This document shows positions 45,816 to 55,154 of a stretch of 64,000 bases of DNA, piece by piece. Made by a program: the position numbers and the translations under genes. The stretch is taken from the sequence record NC_048048.2. One strand, 5' to 3'. Every line of letters starts with the position of its first letter. Position 1 is the first letter of the stretch. The notes beneath the pieces were generated by a model. That model did no database searches. It worked only from the letters and a program-made list of their open reading frames with translations, and was not told the origin of the DNA.

Positions 45816-46366
45816 ACCGAGCCGACATCGACTTCACCCAGGCGTGGTGGAGCAACAAGCTGGGCGACCCGCCGGCCCTCCTGCGCTTCCTGGAGAAGCT
45901 GCACTACACCGAGTTCAGCGGCTACAAGGACAACATCGACGCGGCCTATCGGTGGGCGCCGCTCAATCCGGCCGCCCACCATATCTTCTGCCAGACGGCC
46001 GAGGACGAGATGCGTCATGCTGAGCTTCTCGTACCCCTGGTCCTTGATCGTGGCGGACGCTGCGACGGGATCGATGCGCCCCCGCCGTCCTTTTACTGGG
46101 ACGAGATGGACAAGGCGATCGTCAGCCTGGACACATGCGCCGCCGTCTTCCATCTCGGAGAAAAGCTCGCCGCCGAGCGCTTCGAGGTGATGCTGGACAA
46201 CGCCGGCAACCCCGAGGACATTCGGGCCTTCCTGGAAGCGGTCATTCCCGACGAGCAGCACCACGCCCGCATCTTCGGAAAACTGGCCGGTCCCGAAGCG
46301 ATCGCCGCGATGCAGGCCCATCACGACAAGACCGTCATCCAGTTGAAGGACGCAGGCGGAAGCTGA
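45812..46366 (+). CDS. ferritin-like di-iron carboxylate protein
   Basis: TEFSG...EDEMRH...GEKLA...DEQHH (E/ExxH/E/ExxH). Confidence 0.8.
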   Translation: MNRADIDFTQAWWSNKLGDPPALLRFLEKLHYTEFSGYKDNIDAAYRWAPLNPAAHHIFCQTAEDEMRHAELLVPLVLDRGGRCDGIDAPPPSFYWDEMDKAIVSLDTCAAVFHLGEKLAAERFEVMLDNAGNPEDIRAFLEAVIPDEQHHARIFGKLAGPEAIAAMQAHHDKTVIQLKDAGGS

Positions 46367-46770
46367 TGAACACCTACATGATGCCAACCAGCGCCTACGA
46401 GGCGCTGGACTACCCGCGCCGGGCGTCCTCCAATTGGGTCAGGGACCTGCCCGACTGGACCTTCATCACCCTTGCGCCGGGCGACGCGCCGCCTGACGGG
46501 GCCGTACCGATCAGTTTCATCCGCATGGCCATTGATCAGGCCTACAACGCCTATCATCGCAACGGCTGGATCAACTGGGAAGGCGGCCCTATGCCCGTCC
46601 CCCATGGCACGCTTGTCGACGTCAAGCACCGCGACGGCGAGACCCATACCGAGCAGTATGCCGGCTCGATCGAGGGAGCCGCCGCAGAGTGGCACCACGG
46701 TGACAATCTAGGCTCGCCAACCGACCCGGCCGACATCATCGCCTATCGCCGGACGCCCCGGCGTGGATGA
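46366..46770 (+). CDS. hypothetical protein
   Basis: TGATG start; WEGGPMPVP..TLVDVKHRDG...DIIAYR phage motif. Confidence 0.7.
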   Translation: MNTYMMPTSAYEALDYPRRASSNWVRDLPDWTFITLAPGDAPPDGAVPISFIRMAIDQAYNAYHRNGWINWEGGPMPVPHGTLVDVKHRDGETHTEQYAGSIEGAAAEWHHGDNLGSPTDPADIIAYRRTPRRG

Positions 46771-47008
46771 CGCCAAGACGGTCCAGACTGTTCTGGAGGT
46801 GGCGCGGCGCTTGGCGGCACAGGGATTGGAGCCCTGGCCGTCGATCGCTCCGAAACTGACCGGCGCCTATGAGGAGCCTCAGTTCGTCTTCATGGTGGGC
46901 AAGGCCGAACTGCGGATTGATGAGGCCATCCATCTCGTCCACCCGCCGACGCAGGCCAACGTCGTGATCCTCAGTCAGATCGAGAAGGTCTACCGCGCGC
47001 GTGGCTAG
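46763..47008 (+). CDS. hypothetical protein
   Basis: 81 aa. Confidence 0.6.
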   Translation: MDDAKTVQTVLEVARRLAAQGLEPWPSIAPKLTGAYEEPQFVFMVGKAELRIDEAIHLVHPPTQANVVILSQIEKVYRARG

Positions 47009-47240
47009 TCGCACCTGCCTCAACCCGTCCTGTCGCGTGCGCTTCAAGCCGGCGCATCGGGGTCATTTCTGGTGCGACGCCCTTTGTCGCCAGAGTCATT
47101 TCAAGGCCGACACCGGGCAGGACCTGGGCGGGGGCTTTGGGAGTCTGTCCGATCCCAAGATGGTTCGAGCCTTCGACAACAAGTGGATCACCGCCGCCGG
47201 GCGCCGCACGCGGCCAACCAAGAAGAAAGCTCCGTCATGA
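47001..47240 (+). CDS. small basic Cys-containing protein
   Basis: CLNPSC...WCDALC. Confidence 0.65.
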   Translation: MASRTCLNPSCRVRFKPAHRGHFWCDALCRQSHFKADTGQDLGGGFGSLSDPKMVRAFDNKWITAAGRRTRPTKKKAPS

Positions 47241-47446
47241 CGATCATGACCGTCACCTCGACCGTCTCGTTTCGCTACTTCATGCAGAAGTCGAAGGACT
47301 GGCTGGCCTCCCACATCCAGACCCTGGAAGGGCTCCTGGACCGCCCCAGGACGCCGTACAGCGCCCTGATGACGCTGCTGCGCTACGACCTAGCCAAGAT
47401 GGCTCTCGCCCTCCACAGCGAGCTTCCTGAGGACGACAATGACTGA
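47237..47446 (+). CDS. small hypothetical protein
   Basis: ATGA coupling. Confidence 0.6.
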   Translation: MTIMTVTSTVSFRYFMQKSKDWLASHIQTLEGLLDRPRTPYSALMTLLRYDLAKMALALHSELPEDDND

Positions 47447-48209
47447 CCTCGCCGACGCCTTCGTAGAGCGCTATGGCGCCGACCTCTTCGACGAACTGTG
47501 CGAAGGCGTCCTGTCACCTGAAGCCTATCCCCACGTCCGGGTCACCGAGACCGAAAGGCACAATGCCTGCAACCACACCTATCGTGGCGAGATCGTCCGC
47601 GAGGGCCAGGAGACGGTGTATTTCTCCCTCGATAGTGGGGATTGGAACGGAACCTGCCTGCGCTACTTCAGCGAGGAGACTTCCGAAGACTACGAGCGAG
47701 GTCATCGGGCCTATGTCTTTGATCTTAATCCCGCCCGCTTGGCCGTCCCCGTCGCCGAGGTCCGCCTGAAGGTGTCGATCTGGCTCAACAACTACCTGTC
47801 GGTCACCATGACCAACGGCGAATTCAAGGACAAGGAGCGCGGCTACGGCTATGACTCCACCTTCGCCCCTGGCGTGGTCACCGACAGACACTATCGCGCC
47901 TACGCCGCCTCCCGCGATCTGATCCCGACCTCGACCTGGATTCCTGAGACCATCGAGCGGGTTTCCACGGCCGAGTTCAACAACGCCAGGATCGAATACG
48001 AGAAGGCCTCCGATATCCGCTTCCGCAAGCAGTTTCGCGACAAGGTCGAGCCGCAGCACGAGGAGGCCCTGAGCCTGCGCGCTGGCGAGTTCTTCCGGCT
48101 GCTGTCGATCCGCTTCGCCAGTGAGGGGCGCGAGAACGCCGCCGCCCTGGCGAGGGACGTTTCCCAAGCGTGGCTTGACACGAAGAACGATTCACCAAGT
48201 TCTGCTTGA
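47439..48209 (+). CDS. hypothetical protein
   Basis: 256 aa. Confidence 0.7.
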   Translation: MTDLADAFVERYGADLFDELCEGVLSPEAYPHVRVTETERHNACNHTYRGEIVREGQETVYFSLDSGDWNGTCLRYFSEETSEDYERGHRAYVFDLNPARLAVPVAEVRLKVSIWLNNYLSVTMTNGEFKDKERGYGYDSTFAPGVVTDRHYRAYAASRDLIPTSTWIPETIERVSTAEFNNARIEYEKASDIRFRKQFRDKVEPQHEEALSLRAGEFFRLLSIRFASEGRENAAALARDVSQAWLDTKNDSPSSA

Positions 48210-48234
48210 AGTCTGTCACGAATGGCGTCATGAT
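48206..48234 (+). promoter_or_regulatory. promoter (TTGAAG-N17-CATGAT) with class B operator 48214-48230
   Basis: TGTCACGAATGGCGTCA in spacer. Confidence 0.65.
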
Positions 48235-48268
48235 GCTGCAAATACTGACGCAGAAAGGGCCAGTGCCC

Positions 48269-48523
48269 GTGAACAAGACCAACCCGGATAGACGCTCATT
48301 CCTGGCCATTCTGGGCCTCGGCGTCGGCGGCTTTGGCGCCGGTTTGGGTGGAGGGCTCCTGGCGATCAAGCCGCCCGAGCCCAAGGTGATCGTGGCCAAC
48401 TTGCCTGCTATCGACACCGGCAACGCCGGGAAGTATCTGGCCTACGACGGTGAGAATATGGCCTGGATCAAGGTCAATCCCCAGGCCCGTCGAATCCTTC
48501 AAGACATTGAGAGCCATCTGTGA
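48269..48523 (+). CDS. small protein with twin-arginine (Tat) signal
   Basis: NPDRRSFLAILGLGVGGFGAGLGGG; AAAGGG RBS. Confidence 0.65.
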   Translation: MNKTNPDRRSFLAILGLGVGGFGAGLGGGLLAIKPPEPKVIVANLPAIDTGNAGKYLAYDGENMAWIKVNPQARRILQDIESHL

Positions 48524-48927
48524 ACGCCTCCGACCTCGTCCCGCTGCGTGACGGCGACCTTCTGACCCTCAAGGGCGTTTTCCGCCTTCAGGATGAGAAG
48601 CCCCACGTCGATTTTCGCTGCGCGGGCGCCCCGTGGCTGCCGCTGCTCGAAGGCGTGATGCAGCAGGTCGTCAGTATCGACCATCTGCTGCACAAGGGCG
48701 ACTATGTTTCGGCCTCTGGGCAATACGGGCACGTTCGTCAGGCGCTGATGGCCAACGGCGAGATCGCCGAACCGGGGCAGCGCCCCGATGCCTACTTGGT
48801 CGACATCGAGCGCGACTCCTATGGCGCGTTCGGCGACAAGCCCAGGCCCAGCGGCCTGACCCTGGTCGAGGCCAGTAAGGTTCATCTTCGTAAGCGTACC
48901 GTCGCGCTCCCCGCCGACAAGGATTGA
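48520..48927 (+). CDS. hypothetical protein
   Basis: 135 aa, GTGA coupling. Confidence 0.65.
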   Translation: MNASDLVPLRDGDLLTLKGVFRLQDEKPHVDFRCAGAPWLPLLEGVMQQVVSIDHLLHKGDYVSASGQYGHVRQALMANGEIAEPGQRPDAYLVDIERDSYGAFGDKPRPSGLTLVEASKVHLRKRTVALPADKD

Positions 48928-48928
48928 C

Positions 48929-49354
48929 ATGACCTCCAACATCCAGACCGTTCGCCCTGGCTCCGTCACCGAAATCTCTCTGGTAAAGGCGGGCCTTCTG
49001 AAGCTGGCGGTCTACGGGATCGAACCGGCCAGCGAGCACGAGCCGATCGAGTATCAGGCCCACTACATCGTTGGCGACACAGTCGGCGCCATCCTGCCGC
49101 TCCCGCTGCTGCGGATGCTGAAGGCCAATCGCGACTACATCGCCACCATGGTCCAGGGCCTTGCCGAGTACGACGGGCTGGTCGACGAGGTCGATGGCGC
49201 CGGGCTCGTAGTCCAGCGCTATGAGGACAGCAACGGCGAGACCCAGATCAGGACCATCCTGTCCTGGCAGGGCATGACCGTCGGCGTCTTGGGCGACGGG
49301 ATCGGCGAGATCGACCTGATCCTGACCGCGCTCGAACACATTCCGTCCACCTAA
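48929..49354 (+). CDS. hypothetical protein
   Basis: 141 aa. Confidence 0.7.
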   Translation: MTSNIQTVRPGSVTEISLVKAGLLKLAVYGIEPASEHEPIEYQAHYIVGDTVGAILPLPLLRMLKANRDYIATMVQGLAEYDGLVDEVDGAGLVVQRYEDSNGETQIRTILSWQGMTVGVLGDGIGEIDLILTALEHIPST

Positions 49355-49370
49355 GCCAAGGAGACACCCG

Positions 49371-49826
49371 ATGGCCAACGACCAGAACCGCGATTTCACC
49401 TGCTGCTACCTGCTGATGCGCGTCGACCTCAAGTCGCTGTGCGTCGGCAAGGCGATCGCCCAGGCCCACCACGCCGGCTTGCAACTGGAGCATGACTCCA
49501 AGGAATGGACGTCCGAGCAGCAAGCGATCTTCGCCCGTTACCGCAAGGAAGCTCGGGGCTTCGGCACGACCATCACCCTGGCCGTCACCGAGCAGGAGAT
49601 GCGCGCGGCGATGATCCGCGCCCGTGACCTGGGCTACCTGCACGGCGTGGTCCACGATCCCGAATACCCGTTGGTGGACGGTGGCTTCATGCACCACATC
49701 CCGCTGGATACCTGCGCCTACGTCTTCGGCGAGAAGCGCTTCGTCGAGAACGCGGTGATCGGCCTGGACCTGCTGCGCCGCGCGAGCCTGTGGCAGCCGG
49801 TGCCCAAAGTGCCGGCCGATGGCTGA
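49371..49826 (+). CDS. peptidyl-tRNA hydrolase type 2 (Pth2)-like protein, divergent
   Basis: YLLMRVDL...VGKAIAQAHHA, TTITLAV, GVVHD. Confidence 0.65.
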   Translation: MANDQNRDFTCCYLLMRVDLKSLCVGKAIAQAHHAGLQLEHDSKEWTSEQQAIFARYRKEARGFGTTITLAVTEQEMRAAMIRARDLGYLHGVVHDPEYPLVDGGFMHHIPLDTCAYVFGEKRFVENAVIGLDLLRRASLWQPVPKVPADG

Positions 49827-50250
49827 TCGCGAACACAATTATGCCCAACTGCGCATGGCCCTGAGCCGCGAGTTCAAGGGCCATGCCGAGATCAGGAAGC
49901 TGATCAAAGGCCAGCGCCTGCGCGACAACCTGGACGCGGCCGAGGACCTCGCCGGCGTCAAGGCCGTGGTCCATGACTTGATCACCAGCGTCTACGGCGA
50001 CCATCCCTGGCTCCGCGACCCGCCTCCCGTCTACACGGGCGAGATCAAGAAGGGCATGGAGTTCTTGATGACGGTGGACCTCGATCATGAACGCCAAATC
50101 AAGATCGTCGAAGTCCATGAAAGCGATCACGGCCAGCGTAGCTACTCCTATCGCTACATGAGTGGCGTCGGTAAAGGCCACATCGAGTCGCTCGCCGATG
50201 ACATGCTGCGCGGCGTCATTGAGCCGCTCGACGATGAAATCCCCTTCTAA
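49819..50250 (+). CDS. hypothetical protein
   Basis: 143 aa. Confidence 0.65.
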   Translation: MADREHNYAQLRMALSREFKGHAEIRKLIKGQRLRDNLDAAEDLAGVKAVVHDLITSVYGDHPWLRDPPPVYTGEIKKGMEFLMTVDLDHERQIKIVEVHESDHGQRSYSYRYMSGVGKGHIESLADDMLRGVIEPLDDEIPF

Positions 50251-50264
50251 CCGAGAGACCTTCC

Positions 50265-50537
50265 ATGGCCTTCATCCGCCTGTCGGCGAACGACATCCTG
50301 CACCACTTCGATCTGAACAAGGTCACCGTTGGAAACATCCGCGTCAGCGACGGCGCCGGCATCACCATCGGGATGGGTGAAGAAGATTTCGATCTGGAGA
50401 TCGATATCGAACACCCCGACTTGCCCAAGGGCCGTGTCGAGGTTCACGCCGACTTCAAGTACCACGATGACGGCGGCATTACGCTGCTTCGCATCAACGA
50501 CGTCGACCTCCAGGATGTCGAAGGCGAGGACGACTGA
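50265..50537 (+). CDS. acidic hypothetical protein
   Basis: 90 aa. Confidence 0.65.
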   Translation: MAFIRLSANDILHHFDLNKVTVGNIRVSDGAGITIGMGEEDFDLEIDIEHPDLPKGRVEVHADFKYHDDGGITLLRINDVDLQDVEGEDD

Positions 50538-50541
50538 CCTC

Positions 50542-50567
50542 TTGACGCCGTGACGTCGATCGTGTCA
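50542..50567 (+). promoter_or_regulatory. TTGACG promoter with class B operator 50551-50567
   Basis: TTGACGCCG-TGACGTCGATCGTGTCA; same offset as 10990 site. Confidence 0.7.
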
Positions 50568-50600
50568 TCTGGTCACCAATCACAGCAAGAAGCGTGCCAG

Positions 50601-50828
50601 ATGGCTCTCCTCCAGCATTACCAGATCGGCCAACAGGTCCGCGTCCGTCTTCTCGCAGAGGAGCCCTGGACCCAGGATTGGCAGGATTACGCTGACCTGT
50701 GGGTCGCCGGTGTCGAGTACGAGATCGGCAAGGGCACGCCCTCCTACACCCTCGCTGACCACTGGCCGCCGCGCACGCGGGGCGACATGACCAGCGAGTT
50801 CTCCGAACACCACATCGAGGCCGTCTGA
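50601..50828 (+). CDS. hypothetical protein (SH3/KOW-like beta barrel possible)
   Basis: Start MALLQHYQIGQQVRV. Confidence 0.6.
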   Translation: MALLQHYQIGQQVRVRLLAEEPWTQDWQDYADLWVAGVEYEIGKGTPSYTLADHWPPRTRGDMTSEFSEHHIEAV

Positions 50829-51118
50829 TGCTCAGCCGTCAAACCCGCACCCAGCACATCGTCCTCGTGACCGTCGATCCGGCCAAGTTCACGCCGGAGT
50901 TCATGGAAGAGTTCCGTGAGCACTTCTTCGACTATGACACGATCGAGGAGCACATCGAGCACCTGGGCAGCCTCTACGGGCGCGGTGTGATCGAGGGCTT
51001 TCCCAACGAGTTCATCGAAGGCTATGGCGTGGCCAAGGAGATGGGCATCGCCTTCAAGACCCTCGTCGAGCAGACCGAACTGCTCTACGACTACGAGGAA
51101 GTGGAAATCCGCCCGTGA
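50828..51118 (+). CDS. acidic hypothetical protein
   Basis: 96 aa, TGATG. Confidence 0.7.
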   Translation: MLSRQTRTQHIVLVTVDPAKFTPEFMEEFREHFFDYDTIEEHIEHLGSLYGRGVIEGFPNEFIEGYGVAKEMGIAFKTLVEQTELLYDYEEVEIRP

Positions 51119-51648
51119 TCTTCCTCAACGAGAGCTATCGGCCCGAGCCGGAGAAGGCTCCAGCGCTGGACAACCTCTGTCTGGAGGTTCCGGTACCGCC
51201 ACTGCTGTCCGAGGAAGAAAAGGACGCGCGCTTCCGCGCCGCGATCGCCGAGGCCAAGAAGGCTTGGTATCCGAAGTCTAACGAGAAGGCCCTGCACGAC
51301 TTCAGTCTGCCGGCCATCGTCCGGGGCTTCCTGGCCCTGCATCAAGGACCGGCGACCGAGGTCCTGGCGATCGAAGAGGCGGGATTCATGCCGCGTCTGT
51401 TCGCCAAGCACGGCGAGCGGCACTGCCAAGTCACCCTGGTCTCGGCCATGGACGACATCGGCATTTCCTACACCTACCAGCCTGACGGCTACGGCTACAC
51501 CGAGCGCCTGTCGATCTACGACCTGACCGACTTCACCCTGACCAATCCTTTCCGCCAGTTCGGAGAGACGGGCGAGGTCGAATACGTCCAGTACGAGAGC
51601 GGCCGGATCGGGCGCCGCAAGAAGCGTCGTCTTCGGAGCCGCCTGTGA
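51115..51648 (+). CDS. hypothetical protein
   Basis: 177 aa. Confidence 0.7.
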   Translation: MIFLNESYRPEPEKAPALDNLCLEVPVPPLLSEEEKDARFRAAIAEAKKAWYPKSNEKALHDFSLPAIVRGFLALHQGPATEVLAIEEAGFMPRLFAKHGERHCQVTLVSAMDDIGISYTYQPDGYGYTERLSIYDLTDFTLTNPFRQFGETGEVEYVQYESGRIGRRKKRRLRSRL

Positions 51649-52694
51649 TCGCGCATCTGGTCTTCTTCGCCGACGGCGACGTCGTCTTCGACGGCAAGAT
51701 GTACCATTTCGAGGACTGCTACGGCGGCGTCGGCGGAAGCTACGACGCGGCTGTCCAGGTGGCCTTTAACGAAGGCTGGGAGGTCCTCGTCTATTTCGTC
51801 GAGCGGTTCGACGAGGTCAAGACGATCGAAGAAACCGAACGCCTGATCAACCTTTGCTACGAGACGGGCGAGCGCCGTGTCTGGTTGCTCAAGACCAACT
51901 CCAAAAGAACGCGACCTCTCCACATGAGCAAGTCCTTCAGCCTGGACGATCACATCAGCAGCCAGCCGCTTTCGGTCGATAAGCCTAAATTGGTCGACCC
52001 CGACGCGCTGCATTACAATGTCTGGACGTCGTCAGGCCATTACTTTGCTGGTGACGCCGAGGCCTACGTTAAACGCTTCAACCCGCGTCACGTCGAACCC
52101 ACGCTCCAAAGCATCGTGGCGCACGCTCAGCGCAGCGACTACGATCTCGTCATCACCAAGGGCGCGGCGTCGCCGCGTATGATCCAGCGCTTCGGCGCCT
52201 TGGTCTATGACCTCAACGACGTCTTCATCGTTGATCCGAACAATCCCGACCAACTCAAGGAAGTCGATCTCACCAAGCCCGATTGGGAAAAGGTGGTGCG
52301 CGGGCAGGCTGTCCTGACGCCCGCCAAGGAGCCCTTCGTCCTGCCGCCGGCCATGGGCAAATGGATCGCCTTTGGTCTGCCGGCTCTGCTGTTCCTGGCG
52401 GTCCTCACCATCACCGGAGCCTGGACGCCGATCTTCGATGTCCTGGGCGCTTGGGGCATTGGTTTCGTCCACGTCTGCATAGCGATCGGTCACTGGTTCG
52501 CCGTCTATTGGTGGGTGCCGCTGATCCCCATCGTCCTGATCCTGCTGGTGACCGATGGCGGTATCCTCCTGATCTTGGGCGTCCTGGCCCTCCTCGGCCT
52601 GCTCTGGGGTCTCTGGAGCGGCACCGTGGGGCTCTACCACTACGGCAAGGAAATCCAGGCCAGGGAACGGGCGGCCATCCATGCTCCTCGCTAA
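51645..52694 (+). CDS. hypothetical protein with C-terminal transmembrane helices
   Basis: 349 aa; hydrophobic C-terminal ~100 aa. Confidence 0.7.
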   Translation: MIAHLVFFADGDVVFDGKMYHFEDCYGGVGGSYDAAVQVAFNEGWEVLVYFVERFDEVKTIEETERLINLCYETGERRVWLLKTNSKRTRPLHMSKSFSLDDHISSQPLSVDKPKLVDPDALHYNVWTSSGHYFAGDAEAYVKRFNPRHVEPTLQSIVAHAQRSDYDLVITKGAASPRMIQRFGALVYDLNDVFIVDPNNPDQLKEVDLTKPDWEKVVRGQAVLTPAKEPFVLPPAMGKWIAFGLPALLFLAVLTITGAWTPIFDVLGAWGIGFVHVCIAIGHWFAVYWWVPLIPIVLILLVTDGGILLILGVLALLGLLWGLWSGTVGLYHYGKEIQARERAAIHAPR

Positions 52695-52917
52695 CTGGCC
52701 CGGCCGCCGGCCCGTCCTTCCTGGGGACCTGATCTTCCAGTTGGAATGGCGCGACGAGCCGGGCGTCTGGAAGGACGTCGAGCCCGTCAATCCCGCCCTC
52801 TCGTCAAGCTTCCAGCTTGCAAGCCTCGTTGAGGAAGGCATGGTCTCGGTGCGCCGGTACGGCGACCTCAAATACCTGCCCAACTTCCGCATCGCATCCT
52901 ACGAGCCACCCAGATGA
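52681..52917 (+). CDS. hypothetical protein
   Basis: 78 aa. Confidence 0.6.
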   Translation: MLLANWPGRRPVLPGDLIFQLEWRDEPGVWKDVEPVNPALSSSFQLASLVEEGMVSVRRYGDLKYLPNFRIASYEPPR

Positions 52918-53135
52918 CCTACGCCAGCTTCAGCAAACGTGAGAAGGTCAACCAGACCTATCAGTCGGCGCGCGCCGTCGAGGCCGCCATCAACAACCTC
53001 GACTTCTCCGCCCTGGACGATGGCGGCGCGCGGCTGATCGCCACCCTGGAGACGGCCTTGGGCAAGCATCGCCTCGCCGCTGAGAAGCGCGCCGAGGAGA
53101 CGCGGATCGACGGCATCCTCAAGGGAGATCGGTGA
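52914..53135 (+). CDS. hypothetical protein
   Basis: 73 aa, ATGA coupling. Confidence 0.65.
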   Translation: MTYASFSKREKVNQTYQSARAVEAAINNLDFSALDDGGARLIATLETALGKHRLAAEKRAEETRIDGILKGDR

Positions 53136-53863
53136 TGGGATGGGCTGACTGCGGCGACGACAGCAAGGGCCGGCCGATCGGCTATGGCCATGCCGCGATC
53201 TGCGATCAGGAAGGCTGCACCGCCGAAATCCATCGCGGGTTGGCCTATGCCTGTGGAGGCATGCACGGCTCATCGCCGGGTTGCGAGGGCTACTTCTGCG
53301 ACGAGCACATGGGCTCGGCCTGGGACCCTGGCGAGCAGCAGCATATCCAGGTTTGCGCCAAGTGCGAGGCCGACCTGGAGAACGCCAAGGCCGAGGCCTA
53401 CAAGGATGTCCTTCTCTCGGCCGTGCGCGTGGCCGCTCCGGCGCCCGACTTCAAGCCGATCGACAGCAAGCGCATCGACGTCTTCCTGCAAGGCCACTTC
53501 GTCGGATCGCTCAAGGCGCGCGCCAGCGGCTCTTGGGAGTTCGTCGACGAAGGGTTCACCATGACGATGGGTCAGGATGCGCCCTCGGCGGTGTCCCGCT
53601 GCATCGAGCACTTCACCCAGCCGCCACTGACCCATCGCCAGCTACGCGCCCGGATCATGGCGCTGATGGTCGAATGGGACGACGAGGACCTCCACCTGCT
53701 GCCGACTGGGTCGGGCTTGGTGTCGGAGGCCGATGAGAAGGCGATCGTCGCGGCCAAGGAGCGCCACGCCCGCTGGACGGTCAAGATCGAGCCCAACCAC
53801 GACGTCATGGACCGTCTGAAGGACATGGCCCGTGAACGCAACGCCCAAGTCAGGATGATCTGA
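53135..53863 (+). CDS. hypothetical protein with Cys/His-rich N-terminal metal-binding domain
   Basis: GRPIGY...CDQEGC...ACGGMHG...CEGYFCDEH. Confidence 0.75.
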   Translation: MGWADCGDDSKGRPIGYGHAAICDQEGCTAEIHRGLAYACGGMHGSSPGCEGYFCDEHMGSAWDPGEQQHIQVCAKCEADLENAKAEAYKDVLLSAVRVAAPAPDFKPIDSKRIDVFLQGHFVGSLKARASGSWEFVDEGFTMTMGQDAPSAVSRCIEHFTQPPLTHRQLRARIMALMVEWDDEDLHLLPTGSGLVSEADEKAIVAAKERHARWTVKIEPNHDVMDRLKDMARERNAQVRMI

Positions 53864-54324
53864 TGGCCACCGACTACACGCCCGGAGCCGGCATCGGCAT
53901 CCTGCTGGACCTCAAGCGTCTGGACAAGCCCGGCGGCATCCAACAATCCTGCGAACACGAGCAGCGCATTGGGCAGCGCTTCTGCCCGGTCTGCGGCAAG
54001 TCGGTCTACAAGGATCGACCGGCGATTGATTCGACCGCACGCTGGGCCGTGTCCGAGCAGTTCCACGAACGCCCCCAGTTCCACACACCGTCTGAGTCCA
54101 ACATCCTGCTGGCCTATGCCGACTATCACGAAGACGTCTGGTTCCTGGGCTGGGGCAAGACCTTCGACCGCGACGATCGCCTCGGGCCGTACGCTCTCCC
54201 GGACCTGGAGGACCTGGATCGCAAGATCGACGACTTTCTGAAGTCGCTCAAGGGCCTGGACGACCCGGACGTTATCGTGGTGCCAAAGTCGTTCGGCTTT
54301 CACGTCTTCATGCCAGGGTGGTGA
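53863..54324 (+). CDS. hypothetical protein with CxxC
   Basis: 153 aa, FCPVCG. Confidence 0.7.
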   Translation: MATDYTPGAGIGILLDLKRLDKPGGIQQSCEHEQRIGQRFCPVCGKSVYKDRPAIDSTARWAVSEQFHERPQFHTPSESNILLAYADYHEDVWFLGWGKTFDRDDRLGPYALPDLEDLDRKIDDFLKSLKGLDDPDVIVVPKSFGFHVFMPGW

Positions 54325-54326
54325 TC

Positions 54327-54608
54327 ATGTGCGGCTGCGTCGATGTTGAGATGGGCTCCTACGCCAACCAGGAGGAGCGCTGGGCGCCCACCGGACGTTT
54401 GGTGGGCATCGACCGCTGCTTGCTCGATGAGATCGAAGGGCTTTGGCGTCTGGGGATCGTGACGATCGAAAGCTGCTGTGGCCACAACCAGACCAGCGGC
54501 TACATCGCCGTAGCGTCCGGGCACGAGCCAATCATGCGTGCGCTGGGCTATAAGCCCGATCCCTTGATGCCCGATCGCGTTGAACTCTTCAGCCCCAAGA
54601 GCCTATGA
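54327..54608 (+). CDS. hypothetical protein, weak Tyw3-like N-terminal motif
   Basis: IDRCLLDEIEGLWRLGIVTIESCCGH. Confidence 0.55.
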   Translation: MCGCVDVEMGSYANQEERWAPTGRLVGIDRCLLDEIEGLWRLGIVTIESCCGHNQTSGYIAVASGHEPIMRALGYKPDPLMPDRVELFSPKSL

Positions 54609-54910
54609 CCAAGCTGCGCATCATCCCGTCGAGCCTCTTCCAGGCGCTGAAGGAGCAGCTTCCCCTGTCGCGGCTACTGCGCAACTTCTTCGTTACGCGC
54701 AACGCCTGGGGCATGTTCCACGTCAACAGCCACATCGTCGGTGCAACGGGAAAGGCCAAGGTCACCTATTCGTCTAAGGCCAGCGCCGAGAAGGCCGCCA
54801 CGTCCATGGCCAGGAAGCATGGCGGGGTCTTCAGGCCCTACAAGTGCGTCTACTGCGCCGGCTACCATATCGGCAAGAACCGGCCGACGGAGCCGCCCAA
54901 GGATGAGTGA
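54605..54910 (+). CDS. Zn-ribbon small protein (paralog of 55859-56071)
   Basis: KVTYSSKASA...YKCVYCAGYH. Confidence 0.7.
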   Translation: MTKLRIIPSSLFQALKEQLPLSRLLRNFFVTRNAWGMFHVNSHIVGATGKAKVTYSSKASAEKAATSMARKHGGVFRPYKCVYCAGYHIGKNRPTEPPKDE

Positions 54911-55154
54911 GCCCGAAGAAGACATCGGCAATGAGATCGGCGACGATCCATGGATAATCGATGCTAAGACCTGGAGCGACCAGGACATTCTGGAACTCAA
55001 AGATCGGCAATATACCGACGAAGAGTTCAAGCGCCTCTACATGCAGGAATGGGAATATGAGCCAAGACCACCTGAACCTGTTCAGTCACCGCCCGATCCT
55101 CGACCACGGCGAAGAACCTCCCCTTTCCGAAATCATCGAGACCTACTACGCTAA
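54903..55154 (+). CDS. hypothetical protein
   Basis: Start MSEPEE; overlaps next gene by about 98 nt. Confidence 0.5.
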   Translation: MSEPEEDIGNEIGDDPWIIDAKTWSDQDILELKDRQYTDEEFKRLYMQEWEYEPRPPEPVQSPPDPRPRRRTSPFRNHRDLLR

